From a bacterium (lineage in GTDB: Bacteria; Bdellovibrionota_C; UBA2361; SZUA-149; JAGRAN01), in contig JAUIIP010000001.1 of assembly GCA_030431555.1 (NCBI GenBank), positions 2,062 to 66,061 on the forward strand: 64,000 bases of DNA, written 5' to 3'. The notes beneath the pieces were generated by a model, which was not told where the DNA came from, made no database searches, and saw only the letters and a list, made by a program, of their open reading frames with translations. Of this stretch, positions 36,549 through 46,880 are shown one piece after another. The translations under genes and the position numbers were made by a program. Positions within the stretch are counted from its first letter, which is position 1, and each line of letters starts with the position of its first letter.

Positions 36549-37754
36549 TTGCCGGAATATGCTAAGAAACTTTTCATGAACGGACTCGGCGCACAGTTTA
36601 CGAATTCCACCGGCTCGGCCAAGGATGTGATTAAGCCCTTCACCAAGCTTGGCTTAACTGCCTACGGTGGCCCTGCGGCACATATTGCAATGATGGAAGA
36701 CGAGTTTGTTGAGAAGCGGCGATGGATCAGCCGCGAGCACTTTTTGGACCTGGTAGGTGCCACTAACTTAATTCCCGGTCCCAATTCTACAGAAGTTGCG
36801 ATGCATATCGGCCACGAACGAGCTGGGATATGGGGTATGGTCCTGGCAGGCGTGTGCTTCATTGTGCCCGCAGTTCTAAGCACACTTTTGCTCGCAGTGG
36901 CTTATGAAGCTTATGGTGAAGTCCCTCAGCTCGCTCCGCTATTCGACGGAATTAAACCCGCTGTTCTCGTAATAATTGCCGCCGCGGCGTACAGACTCGG
37001 CAAGAAAGCCTTGGCCGGCACTCGGCTTGCCATGATTGCTGCGCTGGTCGCATTAATGAATCTCTGCGGCATCAGCGAGGTTTATTCTTTACTAACCGGT
37101 GGGCTGGCAGGAGCGGTCTGGCTTAAGAGTTCGTCGCCCGGTGTCGGGATAATGGCTTTCGCGACCACTTTTTTCTCCACCAGGGCGGCTGCAGCAAGTG
37201 CCGTGTTCGCTGCCGCCGCCGCAAGCTCCGAAGCCTCAATAGTAAAACTGAGCCTGTTTTTCCTCAAAGTTGGAGCAGTCCTGTACGGCAGCGGCTACGT
37301 CCTAATTGCGTTTCTTGAAGGTGACCTTGTTAATCGATATGGATGGCTCAGCCAGCAGCAACTCCTCGATGCCGTCGCAATCGGGCAGTTCACGCCAGGG
37401 CCCGTCCTGTCGACCGCTGCCTTCATCGGTTATCTCATCGGAGGCTACATCGGCGCACTGAGTGCCGCCTTTGCGATCTTTCTCCCGTCCTTCTTTTTCG
37501 TGTTGATTCTTAATCCGCTGATCCCCCGGCTAAGAAAATCAACCTGGACTTCGTGCTTCCTCGACGCGGTTAACGCATCAGCTGTCGCGCTGATGTTCGT
37601 CGTAATATTTCGCTTAGGCGCAGTGTCGCTTGTCGCCTGGAAGCCTGCGGTTGTTTTTCTGGTTGTTGCAGCCCTGTATTTATTGCGCACGCCGAGCACA
37701 CCCCTGCTTATTGCACTCGGCGCGGCGATTGGTTACTTCCTGCACCTGATCTAA
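36549..37754 (+). CDS. chrA: Chromate ion transporter (CHR family), full-length two-domain type
   Basis: 'FTKLGLTAYGGPAAHIAMMEDEFVEKRRWISREHFLDLVGATNLIPGPNSTEVAMHIG' and the second-half repeat 'GDLVNRYGWLSQQQLLDAVAIGQFTPGPVLSTAAFIGY'. Confidence 0.8.
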   Translation: MPEYAKKLFMNGLGAQFTNSTGSAKDVIKPFTKLGLTAYGGPAAHIAMMEDEFVEKRRWISREHFLDLVGATNLIPGPNSTEVAMHIGHERAGIWGMVLAGVCFIVPAVLSTLLLAVAYEAYGEVPQLAPLFDGIKPAVLVIIAAAAYRLGKKALAGTRLAMIAALVALMNLCGISEVYSLLTGGLAGAVWLKSSSPGVGIMAFATTFFSTRAAAASAVFAAAAASSEASIVKLSLFFLKVGAVLYGSGYVLIAFLEGDLVNRYGWLSQQQLLDAVAIGQFTPGPVLSTAAFIGYLIGGYIGALSAAFAIFLPSFFFVLILNPLIPRLRKSTWTSCFLDAVNASAVALMFVVIFRLGAVSLVAWKPAVVFLVVAALYLLRTPSTPLLIALGAAIGYFLHLI

Positions 37755-37984
37755 ATTGACGAAGGCGGGTCGCTAAGCTCAACCGCTTCTATCCATTCGA
37801 TTCTGGATAGCTTGCTTATCATCGAATCCTCAACGGTCTCGTCGATAATTCCATACACCTCGAATTCCGCTCCATCCTCAACGCATTCCAAACCGATACT
37901 TTCCAAGCATTTCCTATCAGAGTCGAGCAAACGTTCACGTAAAATTGACAAATGCAGATACCGATAACCGTTGTAAGTGATCAT
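37751..37984 (-). CDS. Small acidic hypothetical protein (77 aa)
   Basis: ORF only; convergent 4-nt overlap with the chrA end. Confidence 0.3.
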   Translation of the reverse strand: MITYNGYRYLHLSILRERLLDSDRKCLESIGLECVEDGAEFEVYGIIDETVEDSMISKLSRIEWIEAVELSDPPSSI

Positions 37985-38337
37985 AACGTTCTCCCCTAGT
38001 GCCTCGCAGTGATGAAAATAATTCTAGGCGCGCGATCGAATCTCATTCCAGTTCGTTTGCGAACTTTCTGTAGAACTGTTGTTCGAAAGTTAAAAAAAGT
38101 TGAAAGGCGAAAGTTTCGTTATTCGCGCATCGTGGCTTGACAACCCTGCTCTGTTCCGAACTCCACCGCTGACTTGAATAGCGTTCGAAGATATGTCTCT
38201 CCAAATGTGTCTTTTCTGCGCGATTGCTGTATAACCTTAGTACAGCTAGCCCTGAGCGCAGGCATCTAAGAGTCCCTTTTCACTGCGTTTTCACTCGGGC
38301 CAGGACTTGCACAAAGCTTGCATTACTAGTGTTTACT

Positions 38338-38541
38338 ATGGACACGAGAACTAAATTGCCGCGCTATTTCAGACCGCCCGTTTGCTGCGAGTGCGGTAAG
38401 GAACTGCCGCAGCGAAGAGCCAGTTACGAAAGTGCCCAGCGTCTCTACTGCGAGACATGCGAGCAGCTCGGTCGCACAAAAACTGACTGGAAGCCGATTC
38501 GCTACGGCAAGGTTTCCGGCATGTTCGTGGTAAAAGATTAA
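38338..38541 (+). CDS. Small zinc-ribbon protein (CxxC...CxxC), 67 aa
   Basis: 'CCECGKELP...YCETCEQL'; ATG at 38338; convergent with the downstream paralog gene. Confidence 0.35.
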   Translation: MDTRTKLPRYFRPPVCCECGKELPQRRASYESAQRLYCETCEQLGRTKTDWKPIRYGKVSGMFVVKD

Positions 38542-38550
38542 CGCGTCTCA

Positions 38551-40353
38551 TTAGCAGCTTGTTCCCGTACAGATATCCGTAAAATCACCGAAGCGCGCAG
38601 TACCAGCTATTGCTTCGGACATATTCTGCGAAGCCACATTCGCCGCAACAGCCGCCGCCATATCAGCCTGCTTTCTGCGGTCTCGGGCAATCGTGGCTTC
38701 GGTGATCGCCTGCACTGCGGCGCGGTCGGATGCTGTGTCCGCCTTTGCCATATCGATCGTGCGATCGACGCGCTCGATCAAAGTCCAGAACATTCTACGG
38801 TCGTTCGGTGTCATTCTGAGGTTCAGCACGTCATGATTTGCCAAAAGCACTTTGGTTCGCTTGTGCAACTTTTCAAACGCAGACGCGGCAGAGGCGTCAG
38901 CAAAGTTCTGCAGCCACCTCGACAATCGACCTTCAGGGTCCTCGCTGCACTCAAGTGGTTCTTCTGTTCCGTCTTGAAGCATAAGCGCTGACTTTTTTAT
39001 CGCGGGAGTTACCAGCGTTCCGGCCGAAGCCTCAATCCATGCTCGTTTCTCATGGTCTGTGAACGTGTCCCAGGGAGCGTCTTTCATCCTAAGTACGTGG
39101 ACCATCCCCTCCTTAATTCCAAAACTCGTGGCCATTCCGGTAAAGGGACAGGTGATCGACTGATAGTTCGGCTTATGTGGGGGGCTGCAGGCCTGCCCGT
39201 TGCTTTTTTGCCCGGCGACCGTAGGCACACAATTAGTTGTACACATGCAGCCGTCTCGCAGGGCGCGTATTTTGTCTGAAACAGTAAACTTGGGCCAGAT
39301 AAAGTGATAGCCGTTCTTGTCGACTACTATGTCGCCGTACATCTCTTTAATAAAAGTAGCGAACTTGATTATCTCTTGCGACCCGTTGGTCGTTTGGATT
39401 GCTTTTACACCGTGGAAATATCGGTCTACTAGACTCCATTTGGTGGGTGGCTGACTCCCGTTAATCCCCTCGACTCCGGACGAAATGGTCGCATGCGCAG
39501 CTTGCTGAACGCAGCAGACACACCAGCCGTACCGCAGATTTTCGTCAGTCGGCAAAGTGCCGCACTCTGTTGCGCAGTTACTCGGATCCAAATCGCTGAA
39601 GCGGCCTTGAGTCATTACAGGGCCGCTATTAGCATTCGGTGTATTCAAGCAGGCCTGCATTTTCTCATCGGCGTCTACATACAACTGACTTCTATGCGGA
39701 TTAGCGATCCGTGAGTTGGTCCAGCTGATTTGCTTAAGCAACAGACTGTGAGTTTCTTGATTAACCTGTGCCTCAGTGGTCGCCAGACCGGCTGCCACCG
39801 TTTTATCCAAATATGAAAGCGTAAGCGTTGCTACACCTCGAATCGTCTTAAATAGATCAAGATAGTCGTCGCGCTTCTTTTCATTCTCGGCGACTCCCAA
39901 CTTAATTTTTTGCAGAGGCTGGTAGACAGCCATTGTAGCGCGAGTGATTTCATCATCCGTGCTGACGGATTGAACCTGGCTTCTGGGATCCGGTTGAGGA
40001 ATTTCACCTGCCGCTACCAGCGCCTGCAAGTTCGGCACGTTGTCGCCAATCCACTGACCGTAGTTCTCTTCTCTAAGTTTCGGGTACTTTCGGGATTTAT
40101 AATCGAAGAGGATCGGAGTTGCTTTGTAACCGTGATTGAGTGTGGAGTCGCCGCCATAAGCATCGCCGAGCGCGTTTGCTCCAAAGCTCTGCACCCAGTC
40201 TTCCATCATGATTTGGGCGCCTTTGTCGGTGCCTTCAATATTGCTTTGCGCTGCGGAGGCAACCGGCAAACACAAAAGCACCAATAGGGTGGAATACCTG
40301 CGAGAGAAATAGAGTAATCTGAGCGCGGCGCGCGAAATTCGGATCCCTAACAT
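38551..40353 (-). CDS. Large secreted Cys-rich protein, paralog A of a tandem pair (unknown family)
   Basis: Signal peptide 'LLVLLCLPVASAAQS'; 600 aa; ~45% identity to paralog B over most of its length and ~90% identity over the C-terminal ~150 aa. Confidence 0.7.
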   Translation of the reverse strand: MLGIRISRAALRLLYFSRRYSTLLVLLCLPVASAAQSNIEGTDKGAQIMMEDWVQSFGANALGDAYGGDSTLNHGYKATPILFDYKSRKYPKLREENYGQWIGDNVPNLQALVAAGEIPQPDPRSQVQSVSTDDEITRATMAVYQPLQKIKLGVAENEKKRDDYLDLFKTIRGVATLTLSYLDKTVAAGLATTEAQVNQETHSLLLKQISWTNSRIANPHRSQLYVDADEKMQACLNTPNANSGPVMTQGRFSDLDPSNCATECGTLPTDENLRYGWCVCCVQQAAHATISSGVEGINGSQPPTKWSLVDRYFHGVKAIQTTNGSQEIIKFATFIKEMYGDIVVDKNGYHFIWPKFTVSDKIRALRDGCMCTTNCVPTVAGQKSNGQACSPPHKPNYQSITCPFTGMATSFGIKEGMVHVLRMKDAPWDTFTDHEKRAWIEASAGTLVTPAIKKSALMLQDGTEEPLECSEDPEGRLSRWLQNFADASAASAFEKLHKRTKVLLANHDVLNLRMTPNDRRMFWTLIERVDRTIDMAKADTASDRAAVQAITEATIARDRRKQADMAAAVAANVASQNMSEAIAGTARFGDFTDICTGTSC

Positions 40354-40504
40354 CGTTAACAGCTCTCCTTAAGCTATCAACGACGACGCCGCGTTGCTAA
40401 AGTTCAGTATTACCCCGTGTATCTCACGTTATGCGGGGAAGACCACGGCATGTTGCCTTTATTTGCGTAGCTGCTTTACTAAGCCTCCGGCAATATGCGG
40501 TTAT

Positions 40505-42370
40505 TCAGCAGGTTGTACCAGTGCAAATGTCCGTAAAATCGCCAAAGCGAGCCGTTCCGGCAATTGCCTCAGACATGTTCTGCGAGGCAACGTTTGCCGC
40601 GACTGCTGCGGCCATGTCGGCTTGTTTTCGGCGGTCGCGCGAGATTGTAGCATCGGTAATTGCCTGAACTGCTGCGCGATCAGACGCTGTATCGGCTTTG
40701 GCCATGTCGATAAAGCGGTCGACTCGCTCAATCATCGTCCAAAACATCCGCCTGTCGTTAGGCGTCATCCGCAGGTTAAGCACATCGTGATTAGCAAGCA
40801 GAGCCTTGGTCCGGTAGTGCAGCTTTTCAAACGCCGACACTGCAGAAGCGTCGGAGAAATTTAGCAGCCAGCGCGCCAGCTTGCCCTCAGGATCCTCGTT
40901 GCACTCCAGCGGCTCCTCAGTTCCGTCCTGAAGCATAAGCGCGGCTTTTTTAACCGCCGGCGTTACCATCGTTCCCATCGAAGCCTCCACCCACGAACGC
41001 TTTTCGTCATCAGTCATTGTATCCCAAGGCGCATCCTTCATTCGCAGCACGTGAATCATTGCCCGCTTGACGCCAAAGCTGGATGTCATTCCAGTAAAGG
41101 GGCACACAAGTGTGCTGGTAGTTGGCAGCGGCGGACTACAGGGTTGTCCGGCACTCGGCTGCCCGGGAACAACCGAGCAGCCTGTAGGACACAAGCAGCC
41201 GTCTCGGATCGCGCGAATCTTGTCTGAGATAGAAAACTCAGGCCATCTAAAGTGATATCCGTTCTTGTCGACTACGACATCGCCATACATCTCTTTAATG
41301 AACTTGGCGAAATCAAGGATTTGATCGACTCCGGGCGACGCTTGGACTGCTTTTACTCCGTGGAAATAGCGGTCAACCAAGCTCCACTGTTTGGGATGAT
41401 TCAGACCAGTAATTCCGTCGACGGCGGGCGTAATTGACGCATGACTCCCCTGCTGCACACAGCACACACACCAACCATAGCGCAGCGAAGCATCAGGCGG
41501 CATCACGCCGCACTCAGCGAGGCAATTGCTGGGGTCAAAATCACTAAAGCGGTCAAGCAGCATCTGCGGGCCGGGCTGCGGCCCCGAAGCCCCAAGCGTG
41601 TTCAGGCAGACTTGAACCTTCTCATCGGCGTCTACGTAAATCTGGCTGCGCTGCGGATTGGCGATACGCGAATTGGTCCAACTAATTTGCTTAAGCAGCA
41701 AATTCTGCGTTTCCTGATTTACCTGTGATTCAGTAGTCGCCAGCCCGGCAGCAATAGTTTTGTCTAGATAACTCAAAGTCAGGTTAGCCACCCCTCGCAG
41801 CGTTCCAAAGAGGTTTAGATAGTTGTCGCGCTTCTTGGCATTCTCAGCGACGCCTTGCTTTATTCTATGCAGCGGTTGGTAAACGGCCATCGTAGATCGC
41901 GTAATTTCATCATCCGTACTGAGTGACTGAACTAGACTATTTGGATCAGGCAGCGGATACTCGCCGGAACTCACCAAGTTGTTCAAATCAGGAACATTAT
42001 CAATTGCGGTAGAGCGCTCACGCAGTTTTGGATATTTGCGTCGCGCAGTTATGCCGCTCGCATTCCAGTTCTCGTCAGTGTAGTTGTCAAAAAGTATCGG
42101 GGTCCTTTTGTAACCGTGGTTCAGCGTCGAGTCCCCGCTGTACGCATCAGCTATCGCGTTAGCATCGTAAGCATCAACCCAGCCGTCCATCATCACCGCG
42201 GCACCCTCGTCCGTTCCCTCGACCTGGGCGAAGGCTGCTGACGGAGCGAGGCCAAATGCAAACAGGAACAACAGCCGTTTGACTCTGGTACTGACGAAAG
42301 CCAGGCTTCGGAAATAGTTGTGAGTATTGTCGAACCGAGTGCCGGAACGGCGGTTTCTTGTGACACGCAT
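40505..42370 (-). CDS. Large secreted Cys-rich protein, paralog B of the tandem pair (unknown family)
   Basis: Signal peptide 'LLFLFAFGLAPSAAFAQ'; 621 aa; shares the 'EGTD.GA..MMD.WV', 'STLNHGYK.TPILFD', 'KQISWTNSRIANP' and 'YGWCVCCVQQ' blocks with paralog A. Confidence 0.7.
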   Translation of the reverse strand: MRVTRNRRSGTRFDNTHNYFRSLAFVSTRVKRLLFLFAFGLAPSAAFAQVEGTDEGAAVMMDGWVDAYDANAIADAYSGDSTLNHGYKRTPILFDNYTDENWNASGITARRKYPKLRERSTAIDNVPDLNNLVSSGEYPLPDPNSLVQSLSTDDEITRSTMAVYQPLHRIKQGVAENAKKRDNYLNLFGTLRGVANLTLSYLDKTIAAGLATTESQVNQETQNLLLKQISWTNSRIANPQRSQIYVDADEKVQVCLNTLGASGPQPGPQMLLDRFSDFDPSNCLAECGVMPPDASLRYGWCVCCVQQGSHASITPAVDGITGLNHPKQWSLVDRYFHGVKAVQASPGVDQILDFAKFIKEMYGDVVVDKNGYHFRWPEFSISDKIRAIRDGCLCPTGCSVVPGQPSAGQPCSPPLPTTSTLVCPFTGMTSSFGVKRAMIHVLRMKDAPWDTMTDDEKRSWVEASMGTMVTPAVKKAALMLQDGTEEPLECNEDPEGKLARWLLNFSDASAVSAFEKLHYRTKALLANHDVLNLRMTPNDRRMFWTMIERVDRFIDMAKADTASDRAAVQAITDATISRDRRKQADMAAAVAANVASQNMSEAIAGTARFGDFTDICTGTTC

Positions 42371-42803
42371 TGCTGACAGCTCCTTTAGCTATCAACAACA
42401 ACGTAACGATTTCTCCCTCAGGAAGTTCCCCTTCCTACCTAAAGTTATGAGCACTGATTCGGCTAGCGTTGCCTTAATTTAAGACGCAGGCGATAAGTGA
42501 CTGTAATCACATCCCAATCGCTGACGTCCCAGCAGTCACCCTCCCATACTTGATTAAACTGCTAGGAGATTATATCTTTATCTCTAGCTTGCAGACTTCG
42601 GGAGTCTGGAAGCACGTCGTAGTCGGTTGTTCCTTACAACCGAATAAACTGCTGCCGCGTCGGGCTGCAGGCCGCCTCCGATCATCGAGGCTGTGTATTC
42701 CCAATCAGAGTTAGAAACAGCGTCGTCCTTTGCTGCTGCTCTGCGCTGCAGTTAAGGGCGACCCAGCACCAAGGTTCACACTCCGGAACCTGCTCTGCCA
42801 CGC

Positions 42804-42842
42804 AGGCGGAAGCGTTGAGGTGCAGCCTCAACGCTTCCGCCT
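42804..42842. repeat. Long perfect hairpin (15-17-bp stem GCGGAAGCGTTGAGG / CCTCAACGCTTCCGC, 5-nt loop) in a 550-bp intergenic region, followed by the palindrome AACAGTACTGTT and a T6 run
   Basis: Seen directly in the sequence. Confidence 0.5.
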
Positions 42843-42917
42843 CACCGAGGCTGAGCAACAGTACTGTTTTTTCACAGCCGGCTTGCCCGGCAACACATTC
42901 TTTCCGGAGATTTTTCT

Positions 42918-44288
42918 ATGACTAAGTCTTACTCACCAGTGGACTACTACCCGAGCTCGCAAGAGCAAGTAATCGGCAACATTGAGCTGATCGGTCAAAC
43001 ACCAGAGGCAGGCATCACATTCAGTCCGGAGCAAAGCTTCGGCTGCATGATGTATGTTCTCGGAGATCCGGTTACCGGTCGGCACAATAAGCGTCACGTG
43101 CTCGACATGGCTGGACATGTGGCAAGTATGCTTCTTGGCTACAACCACCCGGCTTTGATGAGCGAAGACGTATCGAACGAACTTGCACTTGCAGCAAGGT
43201 GCCGCTTTGCCAGCGGCGACTTCGGCACACCCTTTCGCGGCATGCTTGGCCCGGTCTTTCAGCGAACCGTAATGCGCAACTATTATACTCACAGCATCTT
43301 CTTCACAGAGGGTGCTCGTGCGGTGGAGTGCGCATGCAAAATCGGCTTTTACTGCCGTCAAGATGACGTTTCGCTGAACTTGGAGAAAGAAGGTCGCTGG
43401 CTTACGCCGCAGACAGGCTTTCACGGCCGCAGTGTCTTGGCACTGTCGCTGACAAAGTCATACGACCTTCGCAAGCACCACAACATGCCTGTGATGGATT
43501 GTGTTGAACGAGTAGCTTGCCCAACTATTGGCGAACGGGAGAATCCTGAAGATCTTCGTGCTCGAGAAGACGAAGCGCTTTACGACATCGACCAGAAGAT
43601 GAAAGCTCTTGGCGAGCGATTCATTGGTTTTGTCATGGAGCCAATGCTCGGCGAGGGTGGTTATCAGTTCTACTCGGCGCGCTTTCTTCAGGAACTCGAG
43701 TCACTGATTCGCAAGTATCGCGGAATATTCATCATTGATGAAATCCAAACTGCTTTTGCTTGCGGACGAGTTTTTCTCCACGAGGCGTACGATGTCACTC
43801 CCGATCTGGTTGTTTTCGGCAAGAAGTTCGGAATGAGTGGAGTGCTCTCAACAGAGCAGTTTACTCAAAACTATCCGTGGCATCCGCTGGCTAAGCCCGA
43901 GTCGCGAGTAAGCTCGACTTGGTCGGGCGATCCGGTCGCGGACGTCAGGCTGCGTGCAATGCTCGAATTCCTTGAGACGAGCAAAGTGATGCAGCTCAGT
44001 ATCGGACTCGGTTCCTTATTGCGTGACGGCCTTGAGCGAATTCGCAATTCGGAGGTCGGACGCAGGATGCTCAGCCACGTTAGAGGCGACGGTTTGCTCG
44101 CCGCAGTTGACGTGTCTGACGCGCAAACGCGCAGCAAGCTGATAAACGCCTGCCTCGAGAATGACTTGCTCGTGGTTGGCTGCGGCTTTCGCTCTATTCG
44201 CTTTTGTCCGCCAATTACAATCACGCAAAAGGAGATTGCACTTTGCCTTGAGCGTTTTGAGCGGGCAGTAAGGTCACTAGCCGCGTAG
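42918..44288 (+). CDS. Class-III (PLP-dependent) aminotransferase family protein, L-lysine 6-transaminase-like
   Basis: 'IFIIDEIQTAFACGRVF' (DEIQTG-type motif) and 'VVFGKKFGMSG' (PLP-binding Lys context); ~450 aa. Confidence 0.75.
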   Translation: MTKSYSPVDYYPSSQEQVIGNIELIGQTPEAGITFSPEQSFGCMMYVLGDPVTGRHNKRHVLDMAGHVASMLLGYNHPALMSEDVSNELALAARCRFASGDFGTPFRGMLGPVFQRTVMRNYYTHSIFFTEGARAVECACKIGFYCRQDDVSLNLEKEGRWLTPQTGFHGRSVLALSLTKSYDLRKHHNMPVMDCVERVACPTIGERENPEDLRAREDEALYDIDQKMKALGERFIGFVMEPMLGEGGYQFYSARFLQELESLIRKYRGIFIIDEIQTAFACGRVFLHEAYDVTPDLVVFGKKFGMSGVLSTEQFTQNYPWHPLAKPESRVSSTWSGDPVADVRLRAMLEFLETSKVMQLSIGLGSLLRDGLERIRNSEVGRRMLSHVRGDGLLAAVDVSDAQTRSKLINACLENDLLVVGCGFRSIRFCPPITITQKEIALCLERFERAVRSLAA

Positions 44289-44467
44289 CAACAGCGAGCA
44301 GAGTAGGCTTGCTTAGCAGCAAGGGGTTGCGAACACTTGTTCGCAACCCGCAGCTGCCTTCTTAGATTACGAAAGGTTGATGCTGGGTCGTTCCTGCTTA
44401 TTTCAGCTGCAATATTATCTAGAACGCGCTTTACTACTGCAATGAATGAGACACCTGGAGCGCGAAA

Positions 44468-45988
44468 ATGAAATCTCGTTTTACGCCGTGGCTTGGCCAC
44501 CCCGCAGGACTTAAAACACTGTTCTTCACAGAGGCTTGGGAACGTTTCTCGTTCTACGGAATGCGCGCGCTTCTAGTGCTATACCTTACGGACAAAAGCA
44601 GCGGACTTGGAATGACCAAGGACGACGCACTGCTGATTTACGCGACTTACACCGGGCTCGTTTATCTGACACCACTACTGGGCGGTTGGCTTTCAGACCA
44701 TTACTTAGGGCAAAGAATTTCTGTTTTGGTAGGTGCCGTCGTCATGGCGGCCGGCCATTTTGCGATGGCTTTTGAAACTTTGTTTGAAACCGGACTAGGC
44801 CTGCTCATCGTCGGGAACGGGTTTTTTAAGCCGAATGTCTCCACGATGGTCGGAGGATTATACGAAGACGGCGATGAAAGAAAGGACTCCGGCTACACCG
44901 TCTTTTATATGGGAATTAATCTCGGAGCTTTTTTTTCACCGTTAGTATGCGGAACATTAGGCGAGACGATTGGATGGCACTGGGGCTTCGGAGCGGCTGG
45001 AGTCGGAATGCTAATCGGGCTGCTTTGGTTTCTCGCCAAAGAGCAGACTCTCGGCTCAGCAGGACTGCCGCCCTTTCGAGGTGCTTCGCGAAAGAATTCG
45101 CCGATGCTGACTTCAGCAGATAAGCTGCTTGCAGCAGGTCTATCTATCCTGGCAATTGCGGTAGTTGTTCTCGCGTTATTAGCCAAACCCTTCCTCGCGC
45201 TAGTTTGGAATATGCCGCTGCTAATCCCGGAAGACACAAACGAACTTTGGCGAATCGCGTGGCGGCTGCTGCTGATCTGCGCTTTGATTTGGGCGCTGAA
45301 TAACCTCGGCAAAGGCAAACTCGCAGAACCTCTATCAAGAGAGGAGAAGGACGGCTTGATAATGGTTGGGATCACAACGCTTGCGATGGCAATTTTTATC
45401 GTAGGTTTGGAGCAAGCCGGCGGCACACTCAATCTTTTCGCCAAAGAACGCACCGAATTGAGTTTTTTGGGAGTTGATATCCCCGCGACATTTTTTCAGA
45501 GCGTCAATCCCGCCTGGATCATAATTCTTGCGCCGATGTTTGCAGGAATGTGGTCTGGTCGTTTTCGACATATGTCCAGCATTCGCCGTCAAGCCTACGG
45601 CTTGATGATATTAAGTGTAGCTTTCGTAGTCATGTTCGCAGCGCAGCAAAGGTCCGATGCGCTTCTCGCCTCTGGGTCAGAGGCGAGAATCTCGCCGCTT
45701 TGGCTCGTTGCAGTTTACTTTTTCATCACGGTCAGCGAGCTTTGCATCTCGCCCGTCGGACTTTCTGTAGTTCAGAAACTGTCGCCACGGCGCATGGTGA
45801 GTATGATGATGGCTACCTTCTTTGCAGGCGTGTTCGTCGCCAACTATCTGGCGGGAACACTCGAACAAATCCTTCGAGCCTGGGATATTAACCTCTGGGT
45901 TTTTCTCTTCGCTTTTCCTCTTAGCTGTGGAGTCTTGTGGTGGCTCTTGACGCCCTGGGCACGCAAGCTCTCACACGGCAAGGATTAA
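44468..45988 (+). CDS. POT/PTR2-family proton-dependent oligopeptide transporter
   Basis: 'LFFTEAWERFSFYGMRALLVLYL' (ExxERFxYYG motif) and 'YLGQRISVLVGAVVMAAGHF'; ~13 TM helices. Confidence 0.85.
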   Translation: MKSRFTPWLGHPAGLKTLFFTEAWERFSFYGMRALLVLYLTDKSSGLGMTKDDALLIYATYTGLVYLTPLLGGWLSDHYLGQRISVLVGAVVMAAGHFAMAFETLFETGLGLLIVGNGFFKPNVSTMVGGLYEDGDERKDSGYTVFYMGINLGAFFSPLVCGTLGETIGWHWGFGAAGVGMLIGLLWFLAKEQTLGSAGLPPFRGASRKNSPMLTSADKLLAAGLSILAIAVVVLALLAKPFLALVWNMPLLIPEDTNELWRIAWRLLLICALIWALNNLGKGKLAEPLSREEKDGLIMVGITTLAMAIFIVGLEQAGGTLNLFAKERTELSFLGVDIPATFFQSVNPAWIIILAPMFAGMWSGRFRHMSSIRRQAYGLMILSVAFVVMFAAQQRSDALLASGSEARISPLWLVAVYFFITVSELCISPVGLSVVQKLSPRRMVSMMMATFFAGVFVANYLAGTLEQILRAWDINLWVFLFAFPLSCGVLWWLLTPWARKLSHGKD

Positions 45989-46003
45989 CTCTCAGGCGCT
46001 CGC

Positions 46004-46501
46004 TTAAACAAACGGATTTACATCAGCGGTAGGACCGTAACACGAAGGAACGGGCACACCGAGAAGCCGTAAGTAAACAGTGAGCTGTCCCCGGTGATGA
46101 TATATATGATTCAACAGAAAGCTTCGCACAGCGGCTATCCGGGGCAGCTCCATAATTATCTTGTCGCCGTCCGTGAACTTCCAGACGCCCATCGCCTTCT
46201 CCTCCGACCAGCTCGACAAGGTGTCGCAAACAAGCTGAAGATTATTATCATGCAGCGCCGCCAGTTCATCACTGGAAGTCGGGGCGGCGGGAGTTTGCCT
46301 CATTTCGCTCCTGTCAAAAGTATCTCGGCTTAGGATCTCCGACATGCCCGCCATAAGCTGCACTACGTGCATTGCGAGCTCGCCAGCCGGCATCGACTTT
46401 TCGTGAGGCCTCCAATCGTATTTGTCCTGAGAGATCGCTCGCAGCACCCTGCGCGTAGCCTCCGATTCCGCTTGAAGCTCGGCAATTATTTCTTTAATCA
46501 T
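46004..46501 (-). CDS. DinB/YfiT-like (DinB_2) metal-dependent four-helix-bundle protein
   Basis: 'ELAMHVVQLMAGM' and 'HIYHHRGQLTVYLRLLGVPVP' conserved His motifs. Confidence 0.8.
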   Translation of the reverse strand: MIKEIIAELQAESEATRRVLRAISQDKYDWRPHEKSMPAGELAMHVVQLMAGMSEILSRDTFDRSEMRQTPAAPTSSDELAALHDNNLQLVCDTLSSWSEEKAMGVWKFTDGDKIIMELPRIAAVRSFLLNHIYHHRGQLTVYLRLLGVPVPSCYGPTADVNPFV

Positions 46502-46640
46502 TGACGTGTCCTCTTAAAGGAAATGTTATCTGCCGCAGGTAACATGCCCTACACCTGACCTGGCGCAAAGTACTTGTAAAGTAAGCAGTAAATTTGTAGA
46601 TAAAGGGTGGTTGACCCTTCGATCACCTGCTGAGGAGCGT

Positions 46641-46880
46641 ATGCGCAAAGCATTCACAATATTCGTAATCTGTCTTTTCTGCTCGAGTTTAACTGCCTGC
46701 AGCAAGAAGTGGGGAATTCCCGATCCGGGCGGCAACCTCTGGACTACCAAGAAGCGCTCCCACTCGACCTCCAGCGCTCCCAAAACGACCACTAAATCTA
46801 GCGCCAGTTCAAGCGTTAAGGAGGAAGAGGACGAGGCACCGTCATCACTTACGGGAGCGGTCCGACCCTCTGCTAATTAG
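46641..46880 (+). CDS. Small lipoprotein with a Ser/Thr-rich tail
   Basis: Lipobox 'SSLTAC'; abuts the GTG start of the Ser/Thr kinase gene. Confidence 0.5.
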   Translation: MRKAFTIFVICLFCSSLTACSKKWGIPDPGGNLWTTKKRSHSTSSAPKTTTKSSASSSVKEEEDEAPSSLTGAVRPSAN

